Shown piece by piece: positions 51,045 through 60,100 of a stretch of 64,000 nt of DNA; the first letter of the stretch is position 1; each line of letters starts with the position of its first letter. The DNA is taken from the IMG/VR virus record IMGVR_UViG_3300018875_000003, positions 1 through 64,000 of that record. One strand, written 5' to 3'. This stretch comes from a virus. Position numbers and translations under genes: made by a program. Under the pieces are notes generated by a model, which did not search any database, was not told the origin of the DNA, and saw nothing but the letters and a program-made list of their open reading frames with translations.

Positions 51045-51088
51045 CTTATCGAATCTTATTTCGTTTTGTTGTATTGCAGGAGAATACC

Positions 51089-51256
51089 CTACTTTCCTTC
51101 GTTTTTCTCCATTGTGATCGCTTTGAGCAGCAAACGCCGACCCTCGCTCGCCCAATCGCCAGGCTTGATATTGCTGAAATGCTCATCGATCTCCGTATCC
51201 ACTTCGCGGATAATAACTTGGATTTTCGGAATCTTCGGCGCTTTGTGTTCTGCCAT
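51089..51256 (-). CDS. ParR-like ribbon-helix-helix adaptor (55 aa; not in ORF track)
   Basis: MAEHKAPKIPKIQVIIREVDTEIDEHFSNIKPGDWASEGRRLLLKAI... has a strand-helix-helix pattern and is coupled to the parM stop (alternative ATG at 51262). Confidence 0.6.
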   Translation of the reverse strand: MAEHKAPKIPKIQVIIREVDTEIDEHFSNIKPGDWASEGRRLLLKAITMEKNEGK

Positions 51257-51258
51257 GT

Positions 51259-52506
51259 TCATGATGCCTCGCTTTCAAATACGTTCTTAATAAAACGATC
51301 GTAGACTGCTTCGAAGTTCAGCGAACCATCCTCCTGCGGCTTGATCTGGCTGATAGCTGCACGGATATAGAAGCCGTACACGTTTGCCATTTGCGGATCA
51401 TCGACAGCAACGAAGGCTTGCACCTTGCGGGCAACAAACTCTTCACGCAGTGCGTCCTGGAAGATGTGGGCGCCGCCACCGGTCAGCAAGATAATCTTCA
51501 CGCGGTTTGCATGCTGACCCCACGATGTGATGACCTCGTGTGCAATGACTTCGGCAATCTCTTTAGCAGCCTGCTGCACTAGCGGAGCCATGTCGTGCTG
51601 ATCGCCATTGAAGTCGATCTTTATGCCGCGTACAGCATCGTCCAGGTCTGCGTCGGTTGGCGTGTAGGCGATGCCGAAATTTTCATCAAAGTATCGCGGC
51701 ATGCTCACTCTCAGGCGCTTATACAGTTCAGATGTTGCCACAGTGGAAGCGTAAGTACCCTGCTCGTCCATAAACACGCCTTCGGAGAACAGCGCATAGT
51801 CTGTCGTCAGGTGGCCGATGTCGATAACAGCCGTCATGGATCGATACAGTTCAGTTGTCAGGAGACCTTCTCTCGTAAACGCGAATTGCGAATAGGATAC
51901 GGTGCCTTCTGGCTGTCTGACAATTTCAGAGCCAATCACGTTGATGTTCTTGGTAATCGTCTTACCGAATCCAAGGTAGAATGTCACCGTGAATGTCTGA
52001 TTAATGTATTCTTCAAGTCTCTTCTTGATTCCCAGCTCGTAGTCATCGTTTGGCAGGCCGGTTGTCACGTACACATTGTAATCCCCATCCTCGTGCGGCA
52101 GGCACATGGCTAGGTTTGTTTCAAACAGGACACGGAAACTCTGATCGCTTGCCCGGTCGTGGTTGGTGGTACGGTTTGTCACCAGAAGCGCATTGCTCTT
52201 CATTGCCTGGGTGCCAACGTGGAAGATTCCATCGCTAGTCTTCACCATCAAACGATCCTCATCGATTGTTGTGTTTCTCAAAGAGTTTGCATATTTCTCG
52301 TTTGTTGTTTGCACAGTCGATGGCATTACGCCTGCTTGACCTGTGCTGGATAGACGCTTCGCTCCGCCGAATCCGATATCGAGACCAACGATCTCATAAC
52401 CGAATGCGTCAGCGAGTACTTGCAATACTGTCTGGCGCTGGCCTGTCTCCTCTTGACCTGTTTCAATAGCTTTTGCCTTTGCTGCTGCACCTGTTTTAAC
52501 CGCCAT
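51259..52506 (-). CDS. parM: ParM/StbA-family actin-like partition NTPase
   Basis: GLDIGFGGAK (phosphate 1), TTGLP, QPEG, VIDIGHLTTD (phosphate 2), ILLTGGGA (adenosine), ANVYG. Confidence 0.85.
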   Translation of the reverse strand: MAVKTGAAAKAKAIETGQEETGQRQTVLQVLADAFGYEIVGLDIGFGGAKRLSSTGQAGVMPSTVQTTNEKYANSLRNTTIDEDRLMVKTSDGIFHVGTQAMKSNALLVTNRTTNHDRASDQSFRVLFETNLAMCLPHEDGDYNVYVTTGLPNDDYELGIKKRLEEYINQTFTVTFYLGFGKTITKNINVIGSEIVRQPEGTVSYSQFAFTREGLLTTELYRSMTAVIDIGHLTTDYALFSEGVFMDEQGTYASTVATSELYKRLRVSMPRYFDENFGIAYTPTDADLDDAVRGIKIDFNGDQHDMAPLVQQAAKEIAEVIAHEVITSWGQHANRVKIILLTGGGAHIFQDALREEFVARKVQAFVAVDDPQMANVYGFYIRAAISQIKPQEDGSLNFEAVYDRFIKNVFESEAS

Positions 52507-52526
52507 ATTATATTTCCTCCTAATTT

Positions 52527-52576
52527 GACATGTTACAACATGTTATACCATGTTACGACATGTTCTGATGTGTTCT
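52527..52576. repeat. parC-like array of five 10-bp direct repeats
   Basis: gacatgttac / aacatgttat / accatgttac / gacatgttct / gatgtgttct, between the parM promoter and RBS. Confidence 0.7.
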
Positions 52577-52586
52577 CTCATAATCG

Positions 52587-52615
52587 ATCATAACATGTCC
52601 CATTAGAGGAAGCAA
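52587..52615 (-). promoter_or_regulatory. sigmaA-type promoter of parM
   Basis: TTGCTT-17-TATGAT with TGn extension. Confidence 0.65.
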
Positions 52616-52644
52616 GCTTTATTTGTAAGGTTTTTTTACGCACG

Positions 52645-52677
52645 AAAAAAGCAGCAGGTGTGCCGCCCGCTGCTTTT
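52645..52677 (-). terminator. Intrinsic terminator
   Basis: AAAAGCAGCGGG...CCTGCTGCTTTTTT. Confidence 0.75.
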
Positions 52678-53095
52678 CTAACAAGTGATGCTGTTGTGAG
52701 GTTGGAGATCTCAGGTGTCCTAGCTGAGTATATTTTATGCCAGTTGGCAATAAATATCAAGAACAAGTGTTCCTATTTTTGTGATTGTCTTTTTCACAGA
52801 AAAGGCTTCGAGAACGCGGCCAGCGTTATTGTGAACTTGGAGGAAACACAATATGCGTGAGGTGTGAGAAGGAACATACCTTTGAGAGGATATGATTTAG
52901 CTTTTTTCTCGAAGCCCTTTTCTCTGAAAAAGAATGGCGTATATGGTCACGTCCCGGATTACTTGTTTGAAGGAGGTGTCGTGGGCCATGCTAACCCACG
53001 ATGCAATCCAGGACGCGCATATACCAGTCAGCCAGTTTGAGGAGAGGCTGTCGTCATCTGCCCAGTCGTTCGAGTCTGTGGTATCGTTCGACTTG
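52645..53095 (-). ncRNA. Candidate ~450-nt structured regulatory RNA with multiple anti-SD tracts
   Basis: Has its own promoter (TTGTAA-17-TAGAAT) and terminator, long stems (52788-52814/52906-52933; nested stems 52938-53024) and no credible minus-strand ORF. Confidence 0.5.
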
Positions 53096-53100
53096 AGTTC

Positions 53101-53129
53101 ATTCTACACTAAAATGTAACGCGTTACAA
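53101..53129 (-). promoter_or_regulatory. Promoter overlapped by the perfect palindrome TGTAACGCGTTACA (53115-53128)
   Basis: TTGTAA-17-TAGAAT on the minus strand. Confidence 0.55.
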
Positions 53130-53136
53130 TACCAAA

Positions 53137-53322
53137 CTAGAATTTTCTTTTTCTCTTTTTACTTTTGTCTTCGTATCGCTGATCCTGGACGTATTTATCG
53201 TCTACAATGACCGCCTTGGCTGTCTGGAATACGTGAGGCGCTGTCATGGATACAATGACCAGCAGCATCGCTGCCAGAGCCCCTTTATTCCGGCGTGTAA
53301 TCCGGCGTTTGGTAAGTAGCAT
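53137..53322 (-). CDS. Small basic membrane-anchored protein
   Basis: AAGGAGG RBS before ATG 53322; hydrophobic GALAAMLLVIVSM segment. Confidence 0.5.
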   Translation of the reverse strand: MLLTKRRITRRNKGALAAMLLVIVSMTAPHVFQTAKAVIVDDKYVQDQRYEDKSKKRKRKF

Positions 53323-54034
53323 ACATTTCCCTCCTTCTCCTGTTAGATGCGTGCCTGCGGGCTTCTGAGAGGTCGCAGGTGTACTCCATGTGGAACCGCT
53401 CTTCACTCATGCCGTAATTATCATCGCTGTATTCCTTTTTCGTTGGATGAGGAATAATGAAAGGCTGGACACATCCGTCTCCGAATGCTGGCTTGAGCTT
53501 ATTGTCCATGAATTTCTTAAACGCGTTATCCATCACGGTTGAATAGCTCGAAACCATGATGACTTGTGCATAGGTCATCAGCTGCTCCAGCCATCCAGAA
53601 TCAATAACAAAGCTGTCTGCGTCATCGAAGAGGACGAGATCGTTTTGGTATCCGTCTGGCCGGTGCGCCTGCGGATCTGTTGCGAATATAACGGTGCGCT
53701 GTCTGTGCCGCGGCCCGATCGTAATCAGTGTTGCACGGCTTCGGTAATATTCCACACCACGTTCGCGCAGCATGCGCTCAAACGCATTCTGGTGATAATG
53801 CAGCTGCTGGTTGAATCGGCAGAAGAACGTCACGTCCTTGCTGGATGCCAGCGCCTTCTCATACAGCGTATAGCTCTTCCCTGCTCCCCTGTGTGCGACA
53901 GCGGCGATATGCTCTGCTGTGGACTCATGGAACTGCTGCCACGCCTGGTCTCGATCAGATGCGTCCACGACGATAGTTTGGACGGTTTCCTTTACTGGAA
54001 CGATTCGATCCAAATATTCCTTTAACAGCTCCAT
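53285..54034 (-). CDS. Stand-alone terminase-like P-loop ATPase domain
   Basis: AHRGAGKS Walker A, LVLFDDAD Walker B-like, MVSS, and GMSEERFHMEYTCD lid motif. Confidence 0.6.
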   Translation of the reverse strand: MELLKEYLDRIVPVKETVQTIVVDASDRDQAWQQFHESTAEHIAAVAHRGAGKSYTLYEKALASSKDVTFFCRFNQQLHYHQNAFERMLRERGVEYYRSRATLITIGPRHRQRTVIFATDPQAHRPDGYQNDLVLFDDADSFVIDSGWLEQLMTYAQVIMVSSYSTVMDNAFKKFMDNKLKPAFGDGCVQPFIIPHPTKKEYSDDNYGMSEERFHMEYTCDLSEARRHASNRRRREMYATYQTPDYTPE

Positions 54035-54272
54035 GCGGCGTGACTCCCTTCGGCAGAATTTCCTCGAAGCGGGTGAAGGTCTCGCCTTCGTACTCTACTT
54101 CGTTGTGCCACTCCACCAGTGGTCGATGGTATTTCTGGTCTGGCTGATCCTCGTTGTAGTACCAGATCGACTTGCCGTCGTCGTGCCGGCTGGCATCGAT
54201 TCCGATGTCTGCGATCACGTAGATGCCGCCTTTATAATGCTGCCAGCGGCTTCCGATTTTTGGGGTACGCAT
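53955..54272 (-). CDS. DUF1653-like protein
   Basis: GSRWQHYKGGIY...YHRPLVEW...RFE. Confidence 0.6.
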   Translation of the reverse strand: MRTPKIGSRWQHYKGGIYVIADIGIDASRHDDGKSIWYYNEDQPDQKYHRPLVEWHNEVEYEGETFTRFEEILPKGVTPHGAVKGIFGSNRSSKGNRPNYRRGRI

Positions 54273-54312
54273 AACCCATTGCCTCCTATTTGAGCCGAAG
54301 GCTCAAAGTTTT

Positions 54313-54489
54313 TTATGCTCCTAACTCCAGCGAGATATTGATGCGATCGATCGGTTGGTGCTTGATAACGTGCAGCTCGATGGCTTCTTCCCCGATATAC
54401 ATGACGATACGGTCGTTTTCTGACACGATCGATTCAATGTCGTCCATATGCGCGTCCAGCGCGTTGCGGATTCTGTCTGTGATATTCAT
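54313..54489 (-). CDS. Hypothetical 58-aa protein (not in ORF track)
   Basis: AAGGAG RBS; MNITDRIRNALDAHM...; fills the operon gap. Confidence 0.55.
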   Translation of the reverse strand: MNITDRIRNALDAHMDDIESIVSENDRIVMYIGEEAIELHVIKHQPIDRINISLELGA

Positions 54490-54494
54490 TTTGT

Positions 54495-54878
54495 TTAATT
54501 CTCCTTAATGACATGCCATTCTTGCGAATGCAGGTCTCCGTCTGTGAGTCGGTATGGTCTCCACTCTTCATCGTCATGCGTTCTACCTACGACAGCGCCG
54601 AGCTCCATTTTGAGATAGACATCTGAACCATCTCTTCTGGTGACAACGTGTCCAGACTTCATCATCACGATTGCGATGCTCACGTCAAACTTATGGACAT
54701 ACTCGAAGTCCATGTATTCTGCTGGGACGAAGATGATGGGCTTTCCTGCCCCGTATCTGTCCCTCCATGCTTTCCCGATCTCTACGAGCAGTTCCACCTT
54801 GACGTCTTGTTCGACTTTGCAGATATGCACGCCGCCGATGTTTTGAACCTTATCCAGATACTGCTGTAACAGCTCCAT
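54495..54878 (-). CDS. Protein with C-terminal DUF2829/Tad2-like domain
   Basis: FDVSIAIVMMKSGHVVTR...YL...WRPY...DLHSQEW. Confidence 0.45.
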   Translation of the reverse strand: MELLQQYLDKVQNIGGVHICKVEQDVKVELLVEIGKAWRDRYGAGKPIIFVPAEYMDFEYVHKFDVSIAIVMMKSGHVVTRRDGSDVYLKMELGAVVGRTHDDEEWRPYRLTDGDLHSQEWHVIKEN

Positions 54879-54885
54879 TTTCTCT

Positions 54886-55191
54886 TTACCTCTCTATTCT
54901 GTATAACTGCTCGTATAATTCTAACGGACGCAGTAGAACGGACTGGAATCTCTGCATGATTCTCCCCTTGTATACTTCCATACATTTTCCCGTGTGAAGC
55001 TCAAGGTCGTTGAAGCAGTAGACCAGCTTTTCTCCTGTAGTAGCTTTACTGCATCTGATCTCAAATCTGCCATTTTCACTCAACGCAACTTCGCCTGGCT
55101 GAATGTAGTGGATCGTATCCGCGAGGTGCATCGATCGCTTTTGCCTGTCGTATTCCCTATTTTTTTCTGAATAGGCCTTCATCAATTCCAT
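54886..55191 (-). CDS. Hypothetical protein
   Basis: Translationally coupled ORF in the accessory operon. Confidence 0.5.
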   Translation of the reverse strand: MELMKAYSEKNREYDRQKRSMHLADTIHYIQPGEVALSENGRFEIRCSKATTGEKLVYCFNDLELHTGKCMEVYKGRIMQRFQSVLLRPLELYEQLYRIER

Positions 55192-55556
55192 TAGGCACCT
55201 GCCCTCTTGATGGTGCGCGGCTTACGCTTGGCACGGCAGCTGCTACATTGTTCGTAAGGCCCATCGTTCGGTGTGCCGCAGGCTACGCATTTCCCTGCTT
55301 CCAGGCGGCGTCTACGCTTGTCTGCCTGGTAGTGCTTCATACAGAAGCCTTTCGACTTATGCGGCAGCCCGCAGCCTTCTACGGTGCATACGATGTATTC
55401 GTGTATCGGTCTTCCTGTGGAAGCCAGTGCAATGCTCGCATCGTTATGCCGCATGTATCGTCTGTAATGCTTCCAGCAGTATCCTCTGGCCACGACTCTC
55501 GAATCGCAGTCGTCCATCTTGCAGATCGGGTTGATTGCCGGCTTTTCCTTTTTCAT
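55191..55556 (-). CDS. Cys/His zinc-binding repeat protein
   Basis: Two C-x4-C...G(Y/F)CxKHY units plus CxxC...CxxC. Confidence 0.6.
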   Translation of the reverse strand: MKKEKPAINPICKMDDCDSRVVARGYCWKHYRRYMRHNDASIALASTGRPIHEYIVCTVEGCGLPHKSKGFCMKHYQADKRRRRLEAGKCVACGTPNDGPYEQCSSCRAKRKPRTIKRAGA

Positions 55557-55720
55557 TTTTTTATTACATGAATCTTCTGAACCTGGGCGTAGTCTCCTTC
55601 AGTGTCGATGATCGTCGCTTCGATCAGAGCTGCCGATGGATACGCTTGGCCTGCCGGTACGCTGTCGATTTTCTTCCCGCCTGTTTTATATACGTCAATG
55701 ATGAATGCTTCTGCCAACAT
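55553..55720 (-). CDS. Hypothetical 55-aa protein (not in ORF track)
   Basis: AAAGGA RBS; MLAEAFIIDVYK...; ATGA overlap with the next gene. Confidence 0.55.
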   Translation of the reverse strand: MLAEAFIIDVYKTGGKKIDSVPAGQAYPSAALIEATIIDTEGDYAQVQKIHVIKK

Positions 55721-55763
55721 GATTGATCAATCCTTTATTTTTTATTTACTTCCGTATTCTCAG

Positions 55764-55792
55764 ATTGTAACGCGTTACAAAGTAGTTGACAA
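55764..55792 (-). promoter_or_regulatory. sigmaA promoter of the leftward block, overlapped by a 16-bp perfect palindrome
   Basis: TTGTCA-17-TACAAT; TTGTAACGCGTTACAA at 55765-55780. Confidence 0.7.
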
Positions 55793-55961
55793 CAAGTAAT
55801 TTTCCTATAGGGGGCATTTTCTACAAAAAAATTTTTCGGAGGGTACCTAGTTGTTTATTGTTGGTGAGTGGTAGCGTTCGGCGCCCCACCCCCTTCAATA
55901 GACAACACACATTTGGGTTGGCAGTGATCCCATCAAACTGCACAAACGAAAGGAGTCTATC

Positions 55962-56504
55962 ATGACTACACAAGCATTCAGCAAGAAAGGTCTTAACATT
56001 CTTCAAGGAGCAAGCATCCAAGGCGCACGCTTACTGGGTCAAACAGTACGTGGCATGGATAAGGTAGCTGCTGTGGTTGCCCCTGTATTGGGTACGGCAT
56101 GGAGCGTTATTAAGAAGGTAGGCATCGCTGTATACGATATGGTACGTGATGACATCGTTCAGTTGGCAGGCTTTGTACGTGAGCACAAATGGCAGACAGG
56201 TGTAACAGTAGCCTCTGCTGTGGTAGGTGGCATGGCTACCTCCACTATGGTAGGGGCTTCTATACTGGCTGCTATCCTGGCTATGACTACCATTGTCACT
56301 GTACACTACCTGATTGCGAAGCGTAAGAAGCAAGCTATGGACTGGCGTACAACCATTGCAGCAGCGCTTCTTTCTGGAGCATGGGCGTTTACTATTCCAT
56401 TCGCTGTATTCACCCTGCTTGCAACGCTTATCTTTGGTGCATTCTTCGTATTCAAAGGTATGCTGCTTGTATTCGTACAAGTAGCTGCCCTGTTCGTGAT
56501 CTAA
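55962..56504 (+). CDS. Multi-pass membrane protein, first gene of the rightward block
   Basis: AAAGGAG RBS; about four hydrophobic helices. Confidence 0.65.
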   Translation: MTTQAFSKKGLNILQGASIQGARLLGQTVRGMDKVAAVVAPVLGTAWSVIKKVGIAVYDMVRDDIVQLAGFVREHKWQTGVTVASAVVGGMATSTMVGASILAAILAMTTIVTVHYLIAKRKKQAMDWRTTIAAALLSGAWAFTIPFAVFTLLATLIFGAFFVFKGMLLVFVQVAALFVI

Positions 56505-56519
56505 TAGGTCATGGACATG

Positions 56520-56833
56520 GCATGGCATAGGTATATAGGGAGTACACGATAACGGTGGATGATCCCCTCTATAGGCTATGCCCTCTATCTATGTCCTGCA
56601 TGGTGACATAGGTAGCAGTACTGTATCATGCTATGCCTTGTATGTGGGCATATGGGCGTGTAGGTGCGCTTACTCATATACACCCCCTGCATAGTACGTA
56701 TTGGTTAAGGGTCAGCCGCCCCCATACGTAGTGTGCAGGGGTTTTCTTTTATTTACTTATAGCTCCCTGTATAGGTGGCCTATATAGACCCCCTCTATAT
56801 GGCACCCCCTATATAGGGAGCTGTATGTAAGTA
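56520..56833 (+). other. Cluster of five consecutive hairpins upstream of the YonO-like gene
   Basis: ggcatag..ctatgcc; ctatctatgtc..gacataggtag; atatggg..ctcatat; cccctgca..tgcagggg followed by a T-tract; agctccctgtatagg..cctatatagggagct. Confidence 0.6.
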
Positions 56834-56862
56834 CAGCAAATACACTACTGGAGGTTTTCTGT

Positions 56863-57036
56863 ATGACAAAGCAACTCTTATTAAGCAAAGGTGAACACCT
56901 GGGCTTCTGCCCAATGAAAGGCGATCTGTATTCGGTAGAATCGGGCCTTTCTATTTTCGGTAAGCCGCAATACCGCATTTATTCCCTGAAAGGAGATTCC
57001 ATCAGTGAACTCATCTCATTCCAAGTCATCCGCTAA
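56863..57036 (+). CDS. Hypothetical 57-aa protein (not in ORF track)
   Basis: GGAGG RBS; MTKQLLLSKGEHLGFCPM... Confidence 0.55.
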   Translation: MTKQLLLSKGEHLGFCPMKGDLYSVESGLSIFGKPQYRIYSLKGDSISELISFQVIR

Positions 57037-57106
57037 TCTGTCGTCCCGTCTGTCGTCCGCCGCTCTGTCCAACCAAACTAAAACTAACCAAAAGGGGTTT
57101 TCCACA

Positions 57107-60100
57107 ATGACAACTACTAACAACAACAAACAAGCTCAAATCAACAAGCAACTGGCTCAAGTTAATCGTCTGTTCAACCAAGCTGTAAAAGGCAACAAAG
57201 TGAAAGCTGAAATGTCCGAACTCAAGTCTGCTTCTGTAATCCTCGATGCGATCGCTACATTCCCAGGACTGGGCGTGAAAACGAAGAACTATGAAGCGAT
57301 CACAGCAGCTATGGCAGAAGGACACAGCCTGCGCAGCATCATGCTTAATCCGGAGCTGACCGGCGTAGCGAAGAACCAATACCGTTACTTCCGTGCATTC
57401 ATGGATGCTAAAGGTGACGACATCCCTGAGATGGTTATGGCTCCGACTCGTAAACGTGTACGTACTGTATCGGTCGATCTGCTGAAGCACTCCCGCAACG
57501 AAGCTGGTGAAGTGGTGCTCAACGCGGAGGTTAACTTCCAATCTCAGTCTCAGCTGGCTGATGCGTTTGGCTCCCTTGCTGCCGACGACAAGAGCGATCT
57601 GTACTTGGATATGGCTCACGTTGTTTACATCGACCTCAACATCGCTGATCAAGAGAATCAGGAATTGAAAGACTTGCAGGTCGAGGTTGTACGCAACGGA
57701 TTCTACTACAGTGTGGATGGCGTTACACACAAAGCCAACTTCTTCATTCAGACAGCATCCCAGGCTCGTCAGCTGCAAGGTATCTACATTGCCGAAGACT
57801 TCATGACGATCCCGCAAGCATTCAAGAAGCTGGGTCATGACTTCCTCGCTTACTGCAAACTGAGCAAAGATGGCATCTATACACTTGACATCACGAAGTA
57901 TCTGAAACGTCCAGGTCTGTCTGGTACAAGCTCGGTATCTTCGAAAGCAATCACATTCCCGAATGCTCGTATCAGCAAGCTGGCTAATATGACTACTGGT
58001 GAATACCTGGTTGAATCCGATCGTCACACGATGGCGGTTATCGAGGATCGCTTTGCAAAGATCACCAATGGCACATTCAAAGCATTCTACAACAACCGTG
58101 TGGTAACTGTGTCTGCTGTTGATGGTGTATTCACCGCTCAATGGAAAGATGGCCGTCTGACTAAACAAGAAGTGCTGCCTATGAACTACCTGAAGCTGGG
58201 TGTAGGCGATGGCTTGGTTCTGGCATCCGAGTCGATCTACTGGGCACTCAAAGCCGAGCATGGCAATGACTCTGACGCATGGCAAGTACGTATCACCCCA
58301 TTCGTTAAAGGTCTGATGGTATTCGTCCCTGGCCTGCGCAAGTATTATGATGCAGACATCGTTGCATTCAAATCCGCTGTGAAAGGTGACTTCCGCCTGA
58401 TCGCTGACGAAGAAGGACGCTTGGACTTTAACATCGAGCTGCGTATTGCTCGCTTTGCTAAACGTCCAGGTAAGAAAGCGGAGTATGTAGAGCTGCCGTA
58501 TCAGTTCGCTCACGTATCCAGCATCACTGCAGAGCAAATGATCAATGTAGCTGCTCCACGTCTGGAGGAAGCAAGAAACGTACTGTCCAACCCTGCACTG
58601 ATCCAGAAGTATACTGGCGTGGCTCACCTCGAAGACCTGAGCAAGCTGACGACTGCGGAAGCTGAGTTTATGCGTGATCGTTCCCTTGTATCCGTATTTG
58701 CTAACTTCATGCACTATGCCCCATTCACGTATGAGGATGCTTACATGCAAACACGCGCTCTGCAACTGATGGGACAGCAAGTAGACAAATGGGTTGCTGG
58801 TACAATCCCTGTAGAAGGCGAGTATCGCTTCATGGTTCAGGATCCGTATGCTCTGCTGCAAGCTGTGGCTGACGAAGATGGTGATATGATTGTTCCCGCT
58901 TCCGTTGGTCTGCGTCCGCATCAAACATTCATGACTGCACGCGATAACAAACACTTTGTGACTGGACCGGTTGCTTCCTTCCGTAACCCAGCGATCGCTA
59001 AAGGTGAAGGCCGCGTACTGAAAGGTGCTGCTCCGGAGAACTATGTAACCGCATCTGCGAAAGGCGCATTCAACTCGGTCTGCATCATGAGCTGCCACGA
59101 TCTGGACACGTTCGCTGAAGGCGGCGCGGATAACGATGGTGACGAAACATTCGTAACGCAAGTGCCTGAGATCGTAAACAGCATCATGGGCAAAGATGGC
59201 GAATCCAAGTTCCTGGCTATGCTTGACCTGCATGTAGGCAAAGATGGTGAGTGGGCTTCCGGTTGCCCGTTCCCTATGGAATCCGATGAGAAGCTGACAT
59301 TCGGTGCAGCATGCGTGGATCACGATGGACAATTCAAAGTGAAGTTCACTGCTGATCAATACGATGATGCTTTCATCCAAGCTGTGCATGAGCTGAGTAA
59401 AGAGTATGTCATCCGCACGCTGAACCCGAACAAGATCGGACAGCAAACAAACATCGCTACACGTCTGGCGGATGCTGTGCGTAAGGTTGGCTATATGTAT
59501 GCTGAGGGTGTAGACGAGTTCGGTCAAGCTGTCGATCGTACCGAAGCAGAGAAACAAGATCTGCTGCATGAGATTGTACGCATGGAAGAAATGATCGATC
59601 TGGTTCGTCTGACACAAGGATGGGAGATTGACCGTGCGAAGCATGGCGGTGCATACGAAGAAGCACTGGCTGCCGAGCTTAACTTCATCAACAACCCACC
59701 GAAGTATGCTGGCTTCCAGGAGAATCCGAAAGCGAAACGCGTATGGATCAAGCAAGCATGGTTGTCTCACCACAAAGGCACTGAAGGTGGAATCGATACA
59801 GGTTCTGTAATGAGCCGCGTACACAACCACATGAAAGCATTCGTACAGGAGAATGTAATCGACAAGTCTGAGGAAATCAAGAACGATGTCGAGAACAACA
59901 ACATCATCCATGTACTGAGAAGCGAATATGCTATCGATGCTAACAAGTATGAGGCTTTGGCTGCTGTGATCCGCTCGATCCGTGCATCCTACACTGCCGA
60001 CCTGATGAATGCCCGCAATAAGAATGCAGAGTTCAACAAGCTGGCTGAAATCAAATACAACGGCAACGACCACGCTATTCGTATGGCGAAAGCTAAGATC

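Noticed and set aside
52527-52576. CRISPR-like array
   Set aside because: The units are 10-bp tandem repeats with no spacers, and no cas genes are present; this fits parC.
52680-53060. CsrB-like GGA sponge on the plus strand
   Set aside because: GGA strings are frequent, but the promoter and terminator orientation favour a minus-strand transcript. Not fully excluded.
55191-55556. HNH homing endonuclease
   Set aside because: Only the Cys/His zinc repeats often found beside HNH domains are present; no HNH catalytic motif.
57005-57106. GTG start for the YonO-like gene
   Set aside because: It overlaps a separate RBS-led 57-aa ORF and encodes low-complexity Ser-rich sequence. ATG 57107 has its own RBS.
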